DNA of 64,000 nucleotides from Eledone cirrhosa (GCA_964016885.1 OZ024751.1:24366001-24430000), one strand, 5' to 3'; shown: positions 44,291 to 56,815, counted from the first letter of the stretch. Notes: generated by a model from the sequence alone, not told the origin. Translations and numbers: made by a program.

Positions 44291-44649
44291 AACAACAACA
44301 ACAACAACAGCAGCAGCAGCAACAACAACAACAACAACAAGACAACGACGGCAGTTATGATTCATTTTAGATTAGTTCGACATATCACTGAGATTAGATG
44401 CCTTAGTTTTTACATCGCTTTTCGTTAAGGTGTCCTGATCATTGTATATGATATGGTTGTTCTCGATTGTTCTTCTTGGTGGTATTGGCTGCCATGTTGA
44501 ACGTCATCGTGTTATAGAGATATTGGTTGCCGCAGTAGATTAGAAACTTTTCCTTCCATTTTTGTTTTCATTTTCTCATGTTTATGTAGATTTTAGCAGA
44601 CAAATGTTTATGGATCCTGTCGCCAATATATATACAAATACAAACGTAG

Positions 44650-44712
<63 letters not shown>

Positions 44713-45587
44713 TAAATATATATATGTGTGTGTGTGAAGTAAATCCGTCGGAAAGGTACAGGAAAAAAGAGTGATCTATGTAGGCTACAGAGCTTATTAG
44801 TTATGTAATAAAAACATAAGATAATTATTTCATTTACCAGTGGTTTCTTGAAAGCAGATATATCTATTTTCAGTCGTCAGAATAAATATAACATGGTGTT
44901 TTTATTAAATATGGATTTGAAAACAATATATAAGAAATATGAAAGTGAGGCTGAGGAAACAACGGGCGAAGAAGAAGAGAAAAAAATGGAAAATATATAT
45001 ACATACATACATACATATGTATATATATTCAATTTTAAAACCAAAACATTTATTGATCTCAGTTCTGAACATCTGAACAAGCAGTTTAACAGTTTAACAC
45101 CCATTTGCGAACATATGTTTTATTGCCTAAGAGCATTAATGAAGCCATAGAAAAGAGTTGAACTGAGGACACGTGAGTTGACATACTTAATTTTCTTGCG
45201 ATCGATATGTTAGCTTTTTGAGGATTCATGCATTTAATATGCCAACGTTAACTTACAAATTATATATGGCTTATTTTAAAACTCAGAAATAAGTTTTTGA
45301 TCCAACTTTCTCACTAAATGATTATGGTGTAGATAAAGGAAATTGCATTTAACTGAATAGCGATATTGATTCTTGGAGTGGGCTTTCATGGGGGGTGGGG
45401 TGGATGGGGTGAGGCTACATTTAATTTCTGGTGATGATGAGTGCTCCAGTGGATGCGCAAGGCCGAACAGTAAATGTGTTGCACTTACGATCATAATGTC
45501 GTGGTGGCCTCGATTCCTGGACTGGGTTGTCTGATGAGTTGTTCTTCAGGAAAACATTTCATTTTACTTGGAGTGGACATTTGCGTG

Positions 45588-45842
45588 GAGCAAAACACTT
45601 CACGGGCAGTGGGCTTTCTCTTAGAGCAAAACACTTCACTTGACGGGCAGTGGGCTTTCTCTTAGAGCAAAACACTTCACTTCACGGGCAGTGAGCTTTC
45701 TCTTAGAGCAAAACACTTCACTTCACGGGCAGTGAGCTTTCTCTTAGAGCAAAACACTTCACTTCACGGGCAGTGAGCTTTCTCTTAGAGCAAAACACTT
45801 CACTTCACGGGCAGTGGGCTTTCTCGTAAAGCAAAACACTTC
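45588..45842 (+). repeat. 41-bp minisatellite, about 6 copies
   Basis: Unit agagcaaaacacttcacttcacgggcagtgagctttctctt. Confidence 0.85.
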
Positions 45843-46919
45843 ATTGTGTGTGAAATGAAATTTCACAGGGTGGGGGCCTACATTTAATTTCTGTTGAGTA
45901 AGGGTCTCCCACAGGAGGACCATTGCATTAGTTTCAACTCATTAATAACTGCATTGTTTCTTTCCGGGGAATATGTTGAAAAATAAATCACATTTGGTGT
46001 CAGAATATTTATATGTTTAGTGAGACTATTTGATTTGATGTGTATGTTTGTGTCTACGTTTTTATTCATTTTATCAATTTTCAATTTTCAATTCTTTGTG
46101 GTTCGTCTTTTGATTTTCATTTCCGTTGTAATATCTACTATTATTTTTATTGTAATCTTTATGACCATTGTCGACTCTCATTTGTATCAATGAAATGTGT
46201 AAATTTCTTTTAATAACCAAGCGAAAGAACGTTGTTTTTACTTTTATTTTCTGCCATTTCACAAAACACCAACTATAACAAATCACAAGATGAAACACGC
46301 TTACATACATACGATAGAAATCAACGTAATGCAACACACAAGTTCCGTACATACATACAGACACAAACACTGTAAAAATTTGCATAAAACTAGCTCACAT
46401 AAGCTATACGGACACTATTATACAAGTCTATCAAGGTTGTGGAATACAGTCAAAATGGCATTTAACGTCAAATTAATCCCCCATAAGCCGAGCAGAGTAA
46501 CTTCGGCGTTGAAGCAGTTTGAAAGAAATTGTAAAAAGATTTCTTTCTCTCGTCCGTTCAGATATTTGAGTTGTTCGGCTAGATTGTTTCTAGTTTAATA
46601 CTAGAATTGCTGTTGCTGTTACTGTTGTTGTTGTTATTGTTGTTGTTGTTGCTATTGCTACTGTGGTGGTTGTTGTTGTTATTGCTTTTGCTGTTGATGA
46701 TTATTCTCCATGATGGAGATCATGATGATGATGATGATGATGATGTTAGCGCAGCAGCTGCTGTTGATTTTAAATCTGTCCATATGTTGATGGATGCTTT
46801 GTATTCCAATGCTGCAGCTATTTATATTTTTAAAGGGGCAACGTGGTATATAGACACACTGGCTAGTTCAGGAAATATCATACAGCAAAATAGCTGTAGA
46901 ATTGCTAATATATTTCGTA

Positions 46920-46973
<54 letters not shown>

Positions 46974-47007
46974 GGATTAACAAATAATAGTTAAATGCAG
47001 TCCACTT

Positions 47008-47094
<87 letters not shown>

Positions 47095-47095
47095 T

Positions 47096-47140
<45 letters not shown>

Positions 47141-47368
47141 TAAATATATATATATAAATTTTAGTACAGCATTAACGAAGCTTTAGTTCGCGGCCAAGCT
47201 AACGAATGCAAATTCGGTATGTAGCTTTAGCACTCGAATGGGAATAGTACCCCAGAGTAATAACAATACGTTTAGACAGCTTAGCAAATCAAATATAGCG
47301 ATCGGCAGTGCAACCGCATCAACAGAGCAACCAAAATACAGGACTCAGGAAAAGATATATATATATAT

Positions 47369-47560
47369 ATAGGAAAAGAATCAGGACCCCGACGGCTGGG
47401 CTCCAGCCGTTTCGACAGCTAGATCTACCTGTCGAAACGGCCGGAGCTCAGCCGTCGGGGTCCTGACTCTATTAATATTACCCACTCTACTACCCAAAGT
47501 ATCGAGTACTCTCTGGTGCGTTATGGTCCCACTGGTATCCTACCACACTTTCTTTGTTGT
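47369..47560. mobile_element. Family A-like fold-back element in (TA)n (diverged)
   Basis: Palindrome caggaccccgacggctgggctccagccgtttcgacag / ctgtcgaaacggccggagctcagccgtcggggtcctg, plus tail. Confidence 0.75.
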
Positions 47561-47564
47561 TATG

Positions 47565-47597
<33 letters not shown>

Positions 47598-48016
47598 CTG
47601 TCCCGGGTTCAATCGGGGGTAACCACAGTAAGTAAGGTACTCAATACATAGCAGAGTATACATTTTTAATATAGAAATGGCTTCTACAGGACTAGAAGTG
47701 TTTCATGATGATTTCCTCCGAATGAAACAGTTCTAGTCCTGCAGAAGCCATTTCTATATTATGGAACCAGATGGACCATAACGCACCAGAATACTCAATA
47801 CTTAGGGTAGTAGAGTAGGGGTCATACTTTTTATTTGTTTGACCCAAATTACTCGGTCGTTTCTATGGTTGTGCGGATGACGGTTTAACCATCAACTCAG
47901 TGTGTCTGGCCTTTAAGGTATGTTGTAGCTCTGGTTCGTCAGAATTATTGAGCGCTTTCCACTCATCTCGGAAGTTGTTTTTCGCTAATTCCAAAGCCGA
48001 AATACGATTCTCGCTA

Positions 48017-48066
<50 letters not shown>

Positions 48067-48172
48067 ATGTGTGTTGGGGTGTTAGGAGATAGGGCAGAAT
48101 CGTCAGGACGTCGGATAGAATACTTTATATTTCCTCCTTTGCGGGTCGATAAATAAATTACCCGTTCAGTAC

Positions 48173-48217
<45 letters not shown>

Positions 48218-48534
48218 GCATTTCTTTTATTCTTCTGTGTCCATTTATTCTGGGAAGTTCGTGGGTGGATCGTGGCAGATTCCTAAAGCATGCCTTCCAC
48301 CGGGTCCTTCAGAGGCAACCGTTTCCAATTGAAACGGCTGGATCTCCAAGCAAGACCACATGATCTGACGGATGTTATCCATCCATCTTGCTCATGGTCT
48401 ACCTATGTGTCTCTTGCCAATTGTACAAGATGAACATCAACTTCACTAATCTCACCGGTCTAAAAGTCCATGGTAATAGCTTCTCCTTACAGAACTAATC
48501 ATTTAGTAAACGTTATATACCACAGCACTAAAGA

Positions 48535-48747
48535 TTGGCAGTATCGAGAGAGTCGGACGTCATGCTTTGCAGCATAGAGTTACGGTCCTTTACGTTCTGA
48601 GTTTTCATCCCACCGAGGCTAACTTTGCCTTTCATCCTTACGGGGTCGATAACATAAAGCACCAGTAATGTACTGGGGCCGATTTAATCGACTCCCCCCC
48701 CCCCAAAAAAAAAAAAAATTAGTTGCCTTGTGCCTATACTAGAAATC
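48535..48747 (+). mobile_element. Meta-domain SINE copy
   Basis: Homologous to 13161-13380 in plus orientation. Confidence 0.75.
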
Positions 48748-49596
48748 GTTATATACAACAGTACTAAAACAATGGCGAGTTGTCCTTTCTTGAAAGGCTT
48801 CATAATAGAATGAAAAGGGATCATAAAATCCTTAAATATATCAAAGTAAAAATGAATTCTGTTTTAATTCTGGCTCATTATATTTTAGATTAAATTTTTA
48901 TTACAAAAACTAATTAGAAGAATTTCTCAAAAATAATTTTCAATTTAAAAAAAATTGTATTTTCCTTTGGGTTTTGACTAATACATTTACACTTTTTTTT
49001 AATTACTATTGGGAAATGTTCAAGAGTAATTCCATTGATTTGCGTTTTATATATTTGTTTCGTTATTTTTAGTTAAGTAATTAAATAGCAGTGAATTAGT
49101 TGAGTCATTGCAACGTCCGATAGAATGTTCTGCGGTTTCAGTTAAACTTTCCCGCCAAACTTCACTTTTCATTCTTTCAGGGTTGATAAATAAAGTACCG
49201 TTACTAAGGTGAATTCTTCTTCATCTTCATCTTCATCTTCTTCTCTCTCTCTCTCCCTCTCTCTCTCTCTCGCGCGCGCAAACATACACACACGCGCACA
49301 TTAACACGCACACACTGTGTGGAAGAAATAGTCTTTGGTCAGAACCTGTTGAGAGATGTGAGCCATCAAGCCGTACGTTATATGTGTATGCCTACGACTC
49401 TATTACCAGTTAAGTGATCGGTGGTCAGTGAATATTGAGGTGGTCATAAACTCTCTTAGCTTTTAAGCATTATCTCGTTCACTTATAACACGAACAACGA
49501 TATCTTAAATCTCTTGCATGGGATGTTTACGTACAAACACTAAACTTTGAATCAGACATACCAGGAATACTGTTGAGTAATATAAAGATTACATAC

Positions 49597-49715
49597 CTGG
49601 TAGCTGGTATTCTAGATGCAAGGTAACCACCGGGTATTTGTGTAATAATATATCCCCAGAAAAATGAGCTGTCCACGATTCCGATAGTTTCTGGTGTCCA
49701 GCTGAATTCGGGCAT
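49597..49715 (-). CDS. VGLUT: VGLUT internal coding exon (119 nt): [40 protein letters not shown]
   Basis: ttttttag acceptor and CAG|gtatgt donor; SFFWGY/TQIPGG motif; phase 2 matches the next exon. Confidence 0.95.
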
Positions 49716-49776
49716 CTAAAAAACAAAACAGATAGATATTGGTTAAATAAAGCAAGAATTTTCAGATAAGTTAGAC

Positions 49777-50066
49777 CAGGGGTATGCAACATATTCCATT
49801 GGCGGGCCACTTTTGTACATTGAAACAACTATTAGGGCCATTAATATTTATTAAGCACTATTCCAAAAATTCACCACAACTTCTTTCCATAACATGAAAC
49901 TGGGAAATTATAACACACAGAACCCTATCAGTGAAGCCCTTTAGTATTTATATATTATTTACAATTTGCGAGTAGGCAGGTCTCTATAGAAATAGGGTTG
50001 GAGGTGGTGAGAGAATTACGTGGCCATGAGAGGAGGGTGGTGGCCCAAAATGTTTGAGAACCTCTG
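49777..50066. mobile_element. hAT-family MITE, left part homologous to the 50280 copy
   Basis: CAGGGGTATGCAAC start, about 170 bp shared with 50280-50430; ends in a hAT-like gtttgagaacctctg. Confidence 0.6.
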
Positions 50067-50279
50067 GTCTAGATGGTATGTTACTTGGAAAGAGAAACCC
50101 AGGATGCCCAAATAAGATAGAGAGATTTGACATTAAAATGTTCCCAGTGTCAATCATGGACAGATTTCAATATCTGGACGGTATGATATATGGAAGGAAA
50201 AACCAAGGATATCCAAATGATAGATAGAAATATCAGACACTAGAATATTATCAGTGTCAATCATGGACAGAGTTTAAAG

Positions 50280-50730
50280 CAGGGGTGCGCAACATATTCC
50301 ATTAGCGGGCCACTTTTGTACATTGAAACAACTATTAGGGCCATTATTCCAAAGATTCATCACAACTTCTTTCCATAACATGAAACTGGGAAATTATAAC
50401 ACAGAACCCTATCAGTGAACCCCTTTAGTATAGGTCAACTAACAGAAAATTGTATTCCGGTTACGAAAAAAAAATCTAAATAAGCCTTCAAGATAAAAAT
50501 TAAAAACGGTCATCGCGGACCACTCTGGCTGGTCTGGTGGGTCGGATTGTGGCCCACGGGCCACCTGTTGCACACCCCTGAGTTAGAGCTATATTAAAAA
50601 AAAAAAAGACTGGTGAATTTGGTGATGATCTTTTGAGTAATGGCAATCATTTTAATTACACCAGAATCAAGAAAAAACAAAGGGTTGATTATCGGATTGT
50701 GGCCCGCGTGCCTCCTGTTGAAAGCGCCTG
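50280..50730. mobile_element. hAT-family MITE (TIR CAGGGGTGCGCAAC / GTTGCACACCCCTG at 50580; second degenerate right end at 50730)
   Basis: Terminal inverted repeats; 8-bp direct repeat GTTTAAAG at 50272-50279 and 50731-50738. Confidence 0.7.
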
Positions 50731-50852
50731 GTTTAAAGCAATGATAATGAAAAGTAATAAATGAAGGAAAGATTTTTGTGACGAGCCGTACTCTGTTGCA
50801 AATTGAAATAAGTATTAAAACGATGTATTAATGTAATAGTAAACTTAATTAA

Positions 50853-50888
<36 letters not shown>

Positions 50889-51544
50889 AACGATCGACTT
50901 TCGTCAAATCGGACCGAGGGAACAATGTTTCCGTTGGTCTTTCCAATTGCTAATACTATCTATCGGTCGCAACTCCAGGTAGAAGGAGCAACGTGAAATA
51001 AAGTGTCTTGCTCAAGGACATAACGCATCGCTTGGTCCAGGTATCGAACTCACAACCTTACGATTGCGAATCCAATTCTCTAACCACTCAACCACACGCA
51101 TATATATATGAATAAGATAAACAAGACCAAATAGAAAGATACAATAACAATAATACAAGGTCTCCTTAGCTTCAGGCTTACTGAAAATGGTAAATGGATG
51201 TTTTAATGTATTGGACGCTAGTCCTTCATCCGGAAAGTGTAGATTTTGGAGAAAGGGGTAATTGGAGGTTGAAAAAAAACTAAAACAGATGAGACAGAAA
51301 AAAAGAATTTTAACAGGATGAATGAAGTAGGCAGGTATGTAGATCGTCGCAGGTTATTCACCTCGGCTGAACAATGATAGATGCGAGTCGGCAGTATATA
51401 AATCTCTGTAACAAAATATATGACTATAATGACAATGTTAGGTGGGAAGGAGTCGAAGGAGAAGTAACAGAGACGGGATAGAGAGCAAGAAGACATAGAG
51501 AGCATTAGAGAGATAAGAGAATGGAAATGGAGACTAAGGAGATG

Positions 51545-51608
<64 letters not shown>

Positions 51609-51825
51609 TGTGTGAAAGAGAGGGAAGCAAGAGAGAGAGAGGGGGAATGAGAGGGAAGAAAGATCGACATTGGTAATATCTAGAATTTGAATGATTAAGG
51701 ACACTAAATATATATTTGTGTGTGCATTATGCATATATTTATGTGTGTGTGTCTGCGTGTTTGTATGTGCATATATATTCATATAAATGTATAAATATAT
51801 ATATATATAAATATATATATATATT

Positions 51826-51857
<32 letters not shown>

Positions 51858-51888
51858 AACATATATATATACATACATATATACATAC

Positions 51889-51998
<110 letters not shown>

Positions 51999-52368
51999 GG
52001 AGAGAAAGCAAGTAAGAGAACGGAAGAAAGAAATAGAGAATGATTCCAGCACTGAAAACAACCATCAAATTAGGGAAGCAATATTGTATACAGACGCCCC
52101 CACCACCTCTTTCAAATACCTTTTTATGTTTTCCAATCATTATTGCTTGAACAATGAAGTCTCTTTCATTTTTCTCTTTTATTTTCTTCCCTCTTTTTAC
52201 TTCATCTGAAAGCTGCCTGATTTATGGAGTACTCTAATTACAGCTATTTATTTCCCTTGCTAGCTGCGCTCTTCATCCGGAAGCTGTCTTTAACGTTCAG
52301 TCAATTTATATTTTTGCTTATACCTAGTTTTTCTGTTGTTGGTGGTAATCTTTTTTGTTTTGTATTGT

Positions 52369-52483
<115 letters not shown>

Positions 52484-52566
52484 ATGTGTGTGTTGTAGGT
52501 ATGTGTATTTTTTACTTTCATATATATGATTTACTTCAGTATCTAGATATATATATATGCACACAC

Positions 52567-52669
<103 letters not shown>

Positions 52670-52842
52670 TACATATATATATACATACACACACACACAT
52701 ATATATATATATATATGTATATATACATTTCTTTACACGCAAATTATATTTTTACACAACTAAATTATAAACATTTATATATAATAGGTATATAAATTAT
52801 ATGTAGTTATAACATGCATATATATAATTATAACTATTATAA

Positions 52843-52937
<95 letters not shown>

Positions 52938-52993
52938 ATACTTGGGGACACACGATTTCATATCAAAAACCTCGCAAAACCAATTCATCGCCG

Positions 52994-53029
<36 letters not shown>

Positions 53030-53681
53030 CTGATCGCTTTACGTAATCAACGATGAATGCAAAACTCGGAGTAATCCCTACATTACCATATATGTATCGT
53101 ATATATATAATGTGTGTGTGTGCGTGTGTGCGTGTGTGAGCGTGCGGAAAGTGTGTACATATATATATATATGTGTATTGTATCTGTGTTTCTCGCTGTG
53201 TTTACCTGTGTGTGTATAGGAGTGGGATTTCGTATACGAATGAATTGTTTGGTGTTTCTCTAACTACGCCACCACCACCACCGCTGCCATAAATCTATCG
53301 CCAACGTTATAGTTCAATAACACATTCCTGAGTCTATGATTAGTCTATTGGTTTCTCACCGCAATTTGCTACATTTACTGTTTGGTAATCAATGCTAAAC
53401 TTCCTGAGAACAATCAGAAATCACCATGAATGGAGAGGAAAACTAATGGAGTATTTTGTCTGTGTATATATGTGAATGTTGTGTAGCTGTAGGTGTTCTT
53501 GTGCGTATATATGTATATGTGTATGTGTATATACGTATATGCGTGATGTGGTATGTAGGTATTGATGGTTGTTAGACATGTACACTCATGTCTGTGTAGT
53601 GTATCTAATTATAGATGTGTATAGACTTTGAACACATGAGTACTGGTGACATATATATATATATACATATATATATATGTT

Positions 53682-53741
<60 letters not shown>

Positions 53742-53754
53742 GAAGTGGTTACAC

Positions 53755-53831
<77 letters not shown>

Positions 53832-53886
53832 GAAGTGGTTACACATGTATATATATATATACATATATATATATATACATTCATAG

Positions 53887-53956
<70 letters not shown>

Positions 53957-54048
53957 CGAAGGAAATGTGGTAAGGAACCAGGTGGACCATAACGCACCAA
54001 AGTACTCAATACTTTAGGTAGTAGAGTGGGTAATAGGAACCAGTAAGT

Positions 54049-54141
54049 CCCCGACAGCTGAGCTCAAGCCGTTTCGACGGCTAATTCTGGACTAAATGAA
54101 CATTTATCCTGGTATTTAAATAGCCGATCTTCTCAAGGGGT
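54049..54141 (-). ncRNA. Type I hammerhead ribozyme, U3-A8 variant (family A, left arm; same strand as VGLUT)
   Basis: Reverse-complement copy of 54490-54583, with one stem I pair lost. Confidence 0.75.
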
Positions 54142-54489
54142 AATTCCATATATGGTCAAAGTGATTGTCAAAAATCAGTAGTAATTCTGTGGTTGCAAAT
54201 TAGTAGGGGAGATGGTGGCTGAACCTGCCAGTAGGAGAAAGAGGGGAGGGGGGTGGAGTAGACCCAATCAAGCGTTGGTAGTGCCAGCTACAGCTGGGCA
54301 TGAGGTCAATGGGCATGAGGCATGACCTCATGCCCAGCTGTAGCTGGCACTACCAACGCTTGATTGGGTCTACTCCACCCCCCTCCCCTCTTTCTCCTAC
54401 TGGCAGGTTTAGCCACCATCTCCCCTACTAATTTGCAACCACAGAATTACTACTGATTTTTGACAATCACTTTGACCATATATGGAATT

Positions 54490-54583
54490 ACCCCTTGAGA
54501 AGATCGGCTATTTAAATACCAGGATAAATGTTCATTTAGTCCAGAATTAGCCGTCGAAACGGCTTGAGCTCAGCTGTCGGGGT
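54490..54583 (+). ncRNA. Type I hammerhead ribozyme, U3-A8 variant (family A, right arm)
   Basis: Stem I ACCCC/GGGGT; core TTGAGAA; stem II GA(T)CGGCTA...TAGCCGTC; GAAA; stem III CGGCT-tgagctc-AGCTG; GTC triplet, predicted cut after 54578. Confidence 0.82.
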
Positions 54584-54593
54584 CTTACTGGTT

Positions 54594-54629
<36 letters not shown>

Positions 54630-54635
<6 letters not shown>

Positions 54636-54722
54636 ACATTATGAAGAGAGAAGAAACATTTAGATATAATTAGTAATAAACTGTTCCTAAATTCCTCGAC
54701 TACGTAGTTTCGTGGCATAAAC
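54630..54722 (-). repeat. Inverted fragment of the 591-bp unit at the left end of the array
   Basis: Reverse complement of gtttatgccacgaaactacgtagtcgagg...cataatgtattttt, with a 16-nt deletion. Confidence 0.9.
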
Positions 54723-54954
54723 AGTGTGGGGACAACTGGAAAGCTTCCATTACTCATACTTCTCGCCTTCTTCACTACCTCTTCTACGGCCTCGATATGA
54801 ATGCCCCCTCCGCCTCCGTGGTATTTTTTTCGTGGTTATAGGAGGCTTAGCTCTGTTTCTCGACCGTTATATCGCGTGACTATCTCCCCCTCCGCCTTTT
54901 GGGATTCTTTCTCACGTCGTGTAGACGCGTTCTTGAGACTAGTAAAATGAGGTA

Positions 54955-55042
54955 TCCTCTTGATAAGTCGGCAGACCTCGCAAGGACTCTATATCTTTGA
55001 TATATTGTTTTTGTTTATGCCACGAAACTACGTAGTCGAGGA
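54955..55042 (+). ncRNA. Type I hammerhead ribozyme, U3-A8 core variant (array unit 1)
   Basis: Stem I TCCTC/GAGGA; core TTGATAA; stem II GT(C)GGCA...TGCCAC; GAAA; stem III C-TACGTA-G with palindromic loop; GTC triplet, predicted cut after 55037. Confidence 0.85.
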
Positions 55043-55545
55043 ATTTAGGAACAGTTTAGGTATGATACATTTTATTACTAATTATATCTAAATGTTTCTT
55101 CTCTCTTCATAATGTATTTTTAACTCTGATACTGGTTCAGTCTGGTTCAAACTGAATTGGTCTGTCCCAGTCATTCATTGAGCAACATCGGTGAAGTTGG
55201 CACCCTTAACTCACAGTTGGGTGCGGATGCATTCATGTATATATGTGTGTGTCCGCATGTATCTGTGTGTTTCTAAATGTATTAATAACTCCCTCTGGTC
55301 GAGCAATCTTTGAAGTGTGGGGACAACTGGAAAGCTTCCATTACTCATACTTCTCGCCTTCTTCACTACCTCTTCTACGGCCTCGATATGAATGCCCCCT
55401 CCGCCTCCGTGGTATTTTTTTCGTGGTTATAGGAGGCTTAGCTCTGTTTCTCGACCGTTATATCGCGTGACTATCTCCCCCTCCGCCTTTTGGGATTCTT
55501 TCTCACGTCGTGTAGACGCGTTCTTGAGACTAGTAAAATGAGGTA

Positions 55546-55633
55546 TCCTCTTGATAAGTCGGCAGACCTCGCAAGGACTCTATATCTTTGATATATTGTT
55601 TTTGTTTATGCCACGAAACTACGTAGTCGAGGA
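55546..55633 (+). ncRNA. Hammerhead ribozyme, array unit 2 (predicted cut after 55628)
   Basis: Copy of 54955-55042 at +591. Confidence 0.85.
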
Positions 55634-56136
55634 ATTTAGGAACAGTTTAGGTATGATACATTTTATTACTAATTATATCTAAATGTTTCTTCTCTCTTCA
55701 TAATGTATTTTTAACTCTGATACTGGTTCAGTCTGGTTCAAACTGAATTGGTCTGTCCCAGTCATTCATTGAGCAACATCGGTGAAGTTGGCACCCTTAA
55801 CTCACAGTTGGGTGCGGATGCATTCATGTATATATGTGTGTGTCCGCATGTATCTGTGTGTTTCTAAATGTATTAATAACTCCCTCTGGTCGAGCAATCT
55901 TTGAAGTGTGGGGACAACTGGAAAGCTTCCATTACTCATACTTCTCGCCTTCTTCACTACCTCTTCTACGGCCTCGATATGAATGCCCCCTCCGCCTCCG
56001 TGGTATTTTTTTCGTGGTTATAGGAGGCTTAGCTCTGTTTCTCGACCGTTATATCGCGTGACTATCTCCCCCTCCGCCTTTTGGGATTCTTTCTCACGTC
56101 GTGTAGACGCGTTCTTGAGACTAGTAAAATGAGGTA

Positions 56137-56224
56137 TCCTCTTGATAAGTCGGCAGACCTCGCAAGGACTCTATATCTTTGATATATTGTTTTTGTTTAT
56201 GCCACGAAACTACGTAGTCGAGGA
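56137..56224 (+). ncRNA. Hammerhead ribozyme, array unit 3 (predicted cut after 56219)
   Basis: Copy of 54955-55042 at +1182. Confidence 0.85.
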
Positions 56225-56727
56225 ATTTAGGAACAGTTTAGGTATGATACATTTTATTACTAATTATATCTAAATGTTTCTTCTCTCTTCATAATGTATT
56301 TTTAACTCTGATACTGGTTCAGTCTGGTTCAAACTGAATTGGTCTGTCCCAGTCATTCATTGAGCAACATCGGTGAAGTTGGCACCCTTAACTCACAGTT
56401 GGGTGCGGATGCATTCATGTATATATGTGTGTGTCCGCATGTATCTGTGTGTTTCTAAATGTATTAATAACTCCCTCTGGTCGAGCAATCTTTGAAGTGT
56501 GGGGACAACTGGAAAGCTTCCATTACTCATACTTCTCGCCTTCTTCACTACCTCTTCTACGGCCTCGATATGAATGCCCCCTCCGCCTCCGTGGTATTTT
56601 TTTCGTGGTTATAGGAGGCTTAGCTCTGTTTCTCGACCGTTATATCGCGTGACTATCTCCCCCTCCGCCTTTTGGGATTCTTTCTCACGTCGTGTAGACG
56701 CGTTCTTGAGACTAGTAAAATGAGGTA

Positions 56728-56815
56728 TCCTCTTGATAAGTCGGCAGACCTCGCAAGGACTCTATATCTTTGATATATTGTTTTTGTTTATGCCACGAAA
56801 CTACGTAGTCGAGGA
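56728..56815 (+). ncRNA. Hammerhead ribozyme, array unit 4 (predicted cut after 56810)
   Basis: Copy of 54955-55042 at +1773. Confidence 0.85.

Larger units (their letters stand above)
53955..54598. mobile_element. HHR-bearing fold-back element in (TA)n (family A, longest copy; Penelope-like non-autonomous)
   Basis: 276-bp inverted arms at 54033-54308 and 54323-54598 with a 14-nt spacer. The terminus aacgaaggaaatgtggtaaggaaccag is shared with several other copies in the window. TA tracts on both sides. Confidence 0.8.

Noticed and set aside
45588-45842. CRISPR-like 41-bp repeats
   Set aside because: The units are contiguous, with no spacers.
47845-47948. Minus-strand CTGACGA...GAAAC...GTA hammerhead candidate
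   Set aside because: No convincing stem II could be formed and stem I is mismatched.
49713-49715. ATG at the start of the first visible exon as the VGLUT start codon
   Set aside because: It directly follows an AG acceptor, and the N-terminus with TM1 is missing. No upstream exon was found in 49716-64000, so it probably lies beyond the window.
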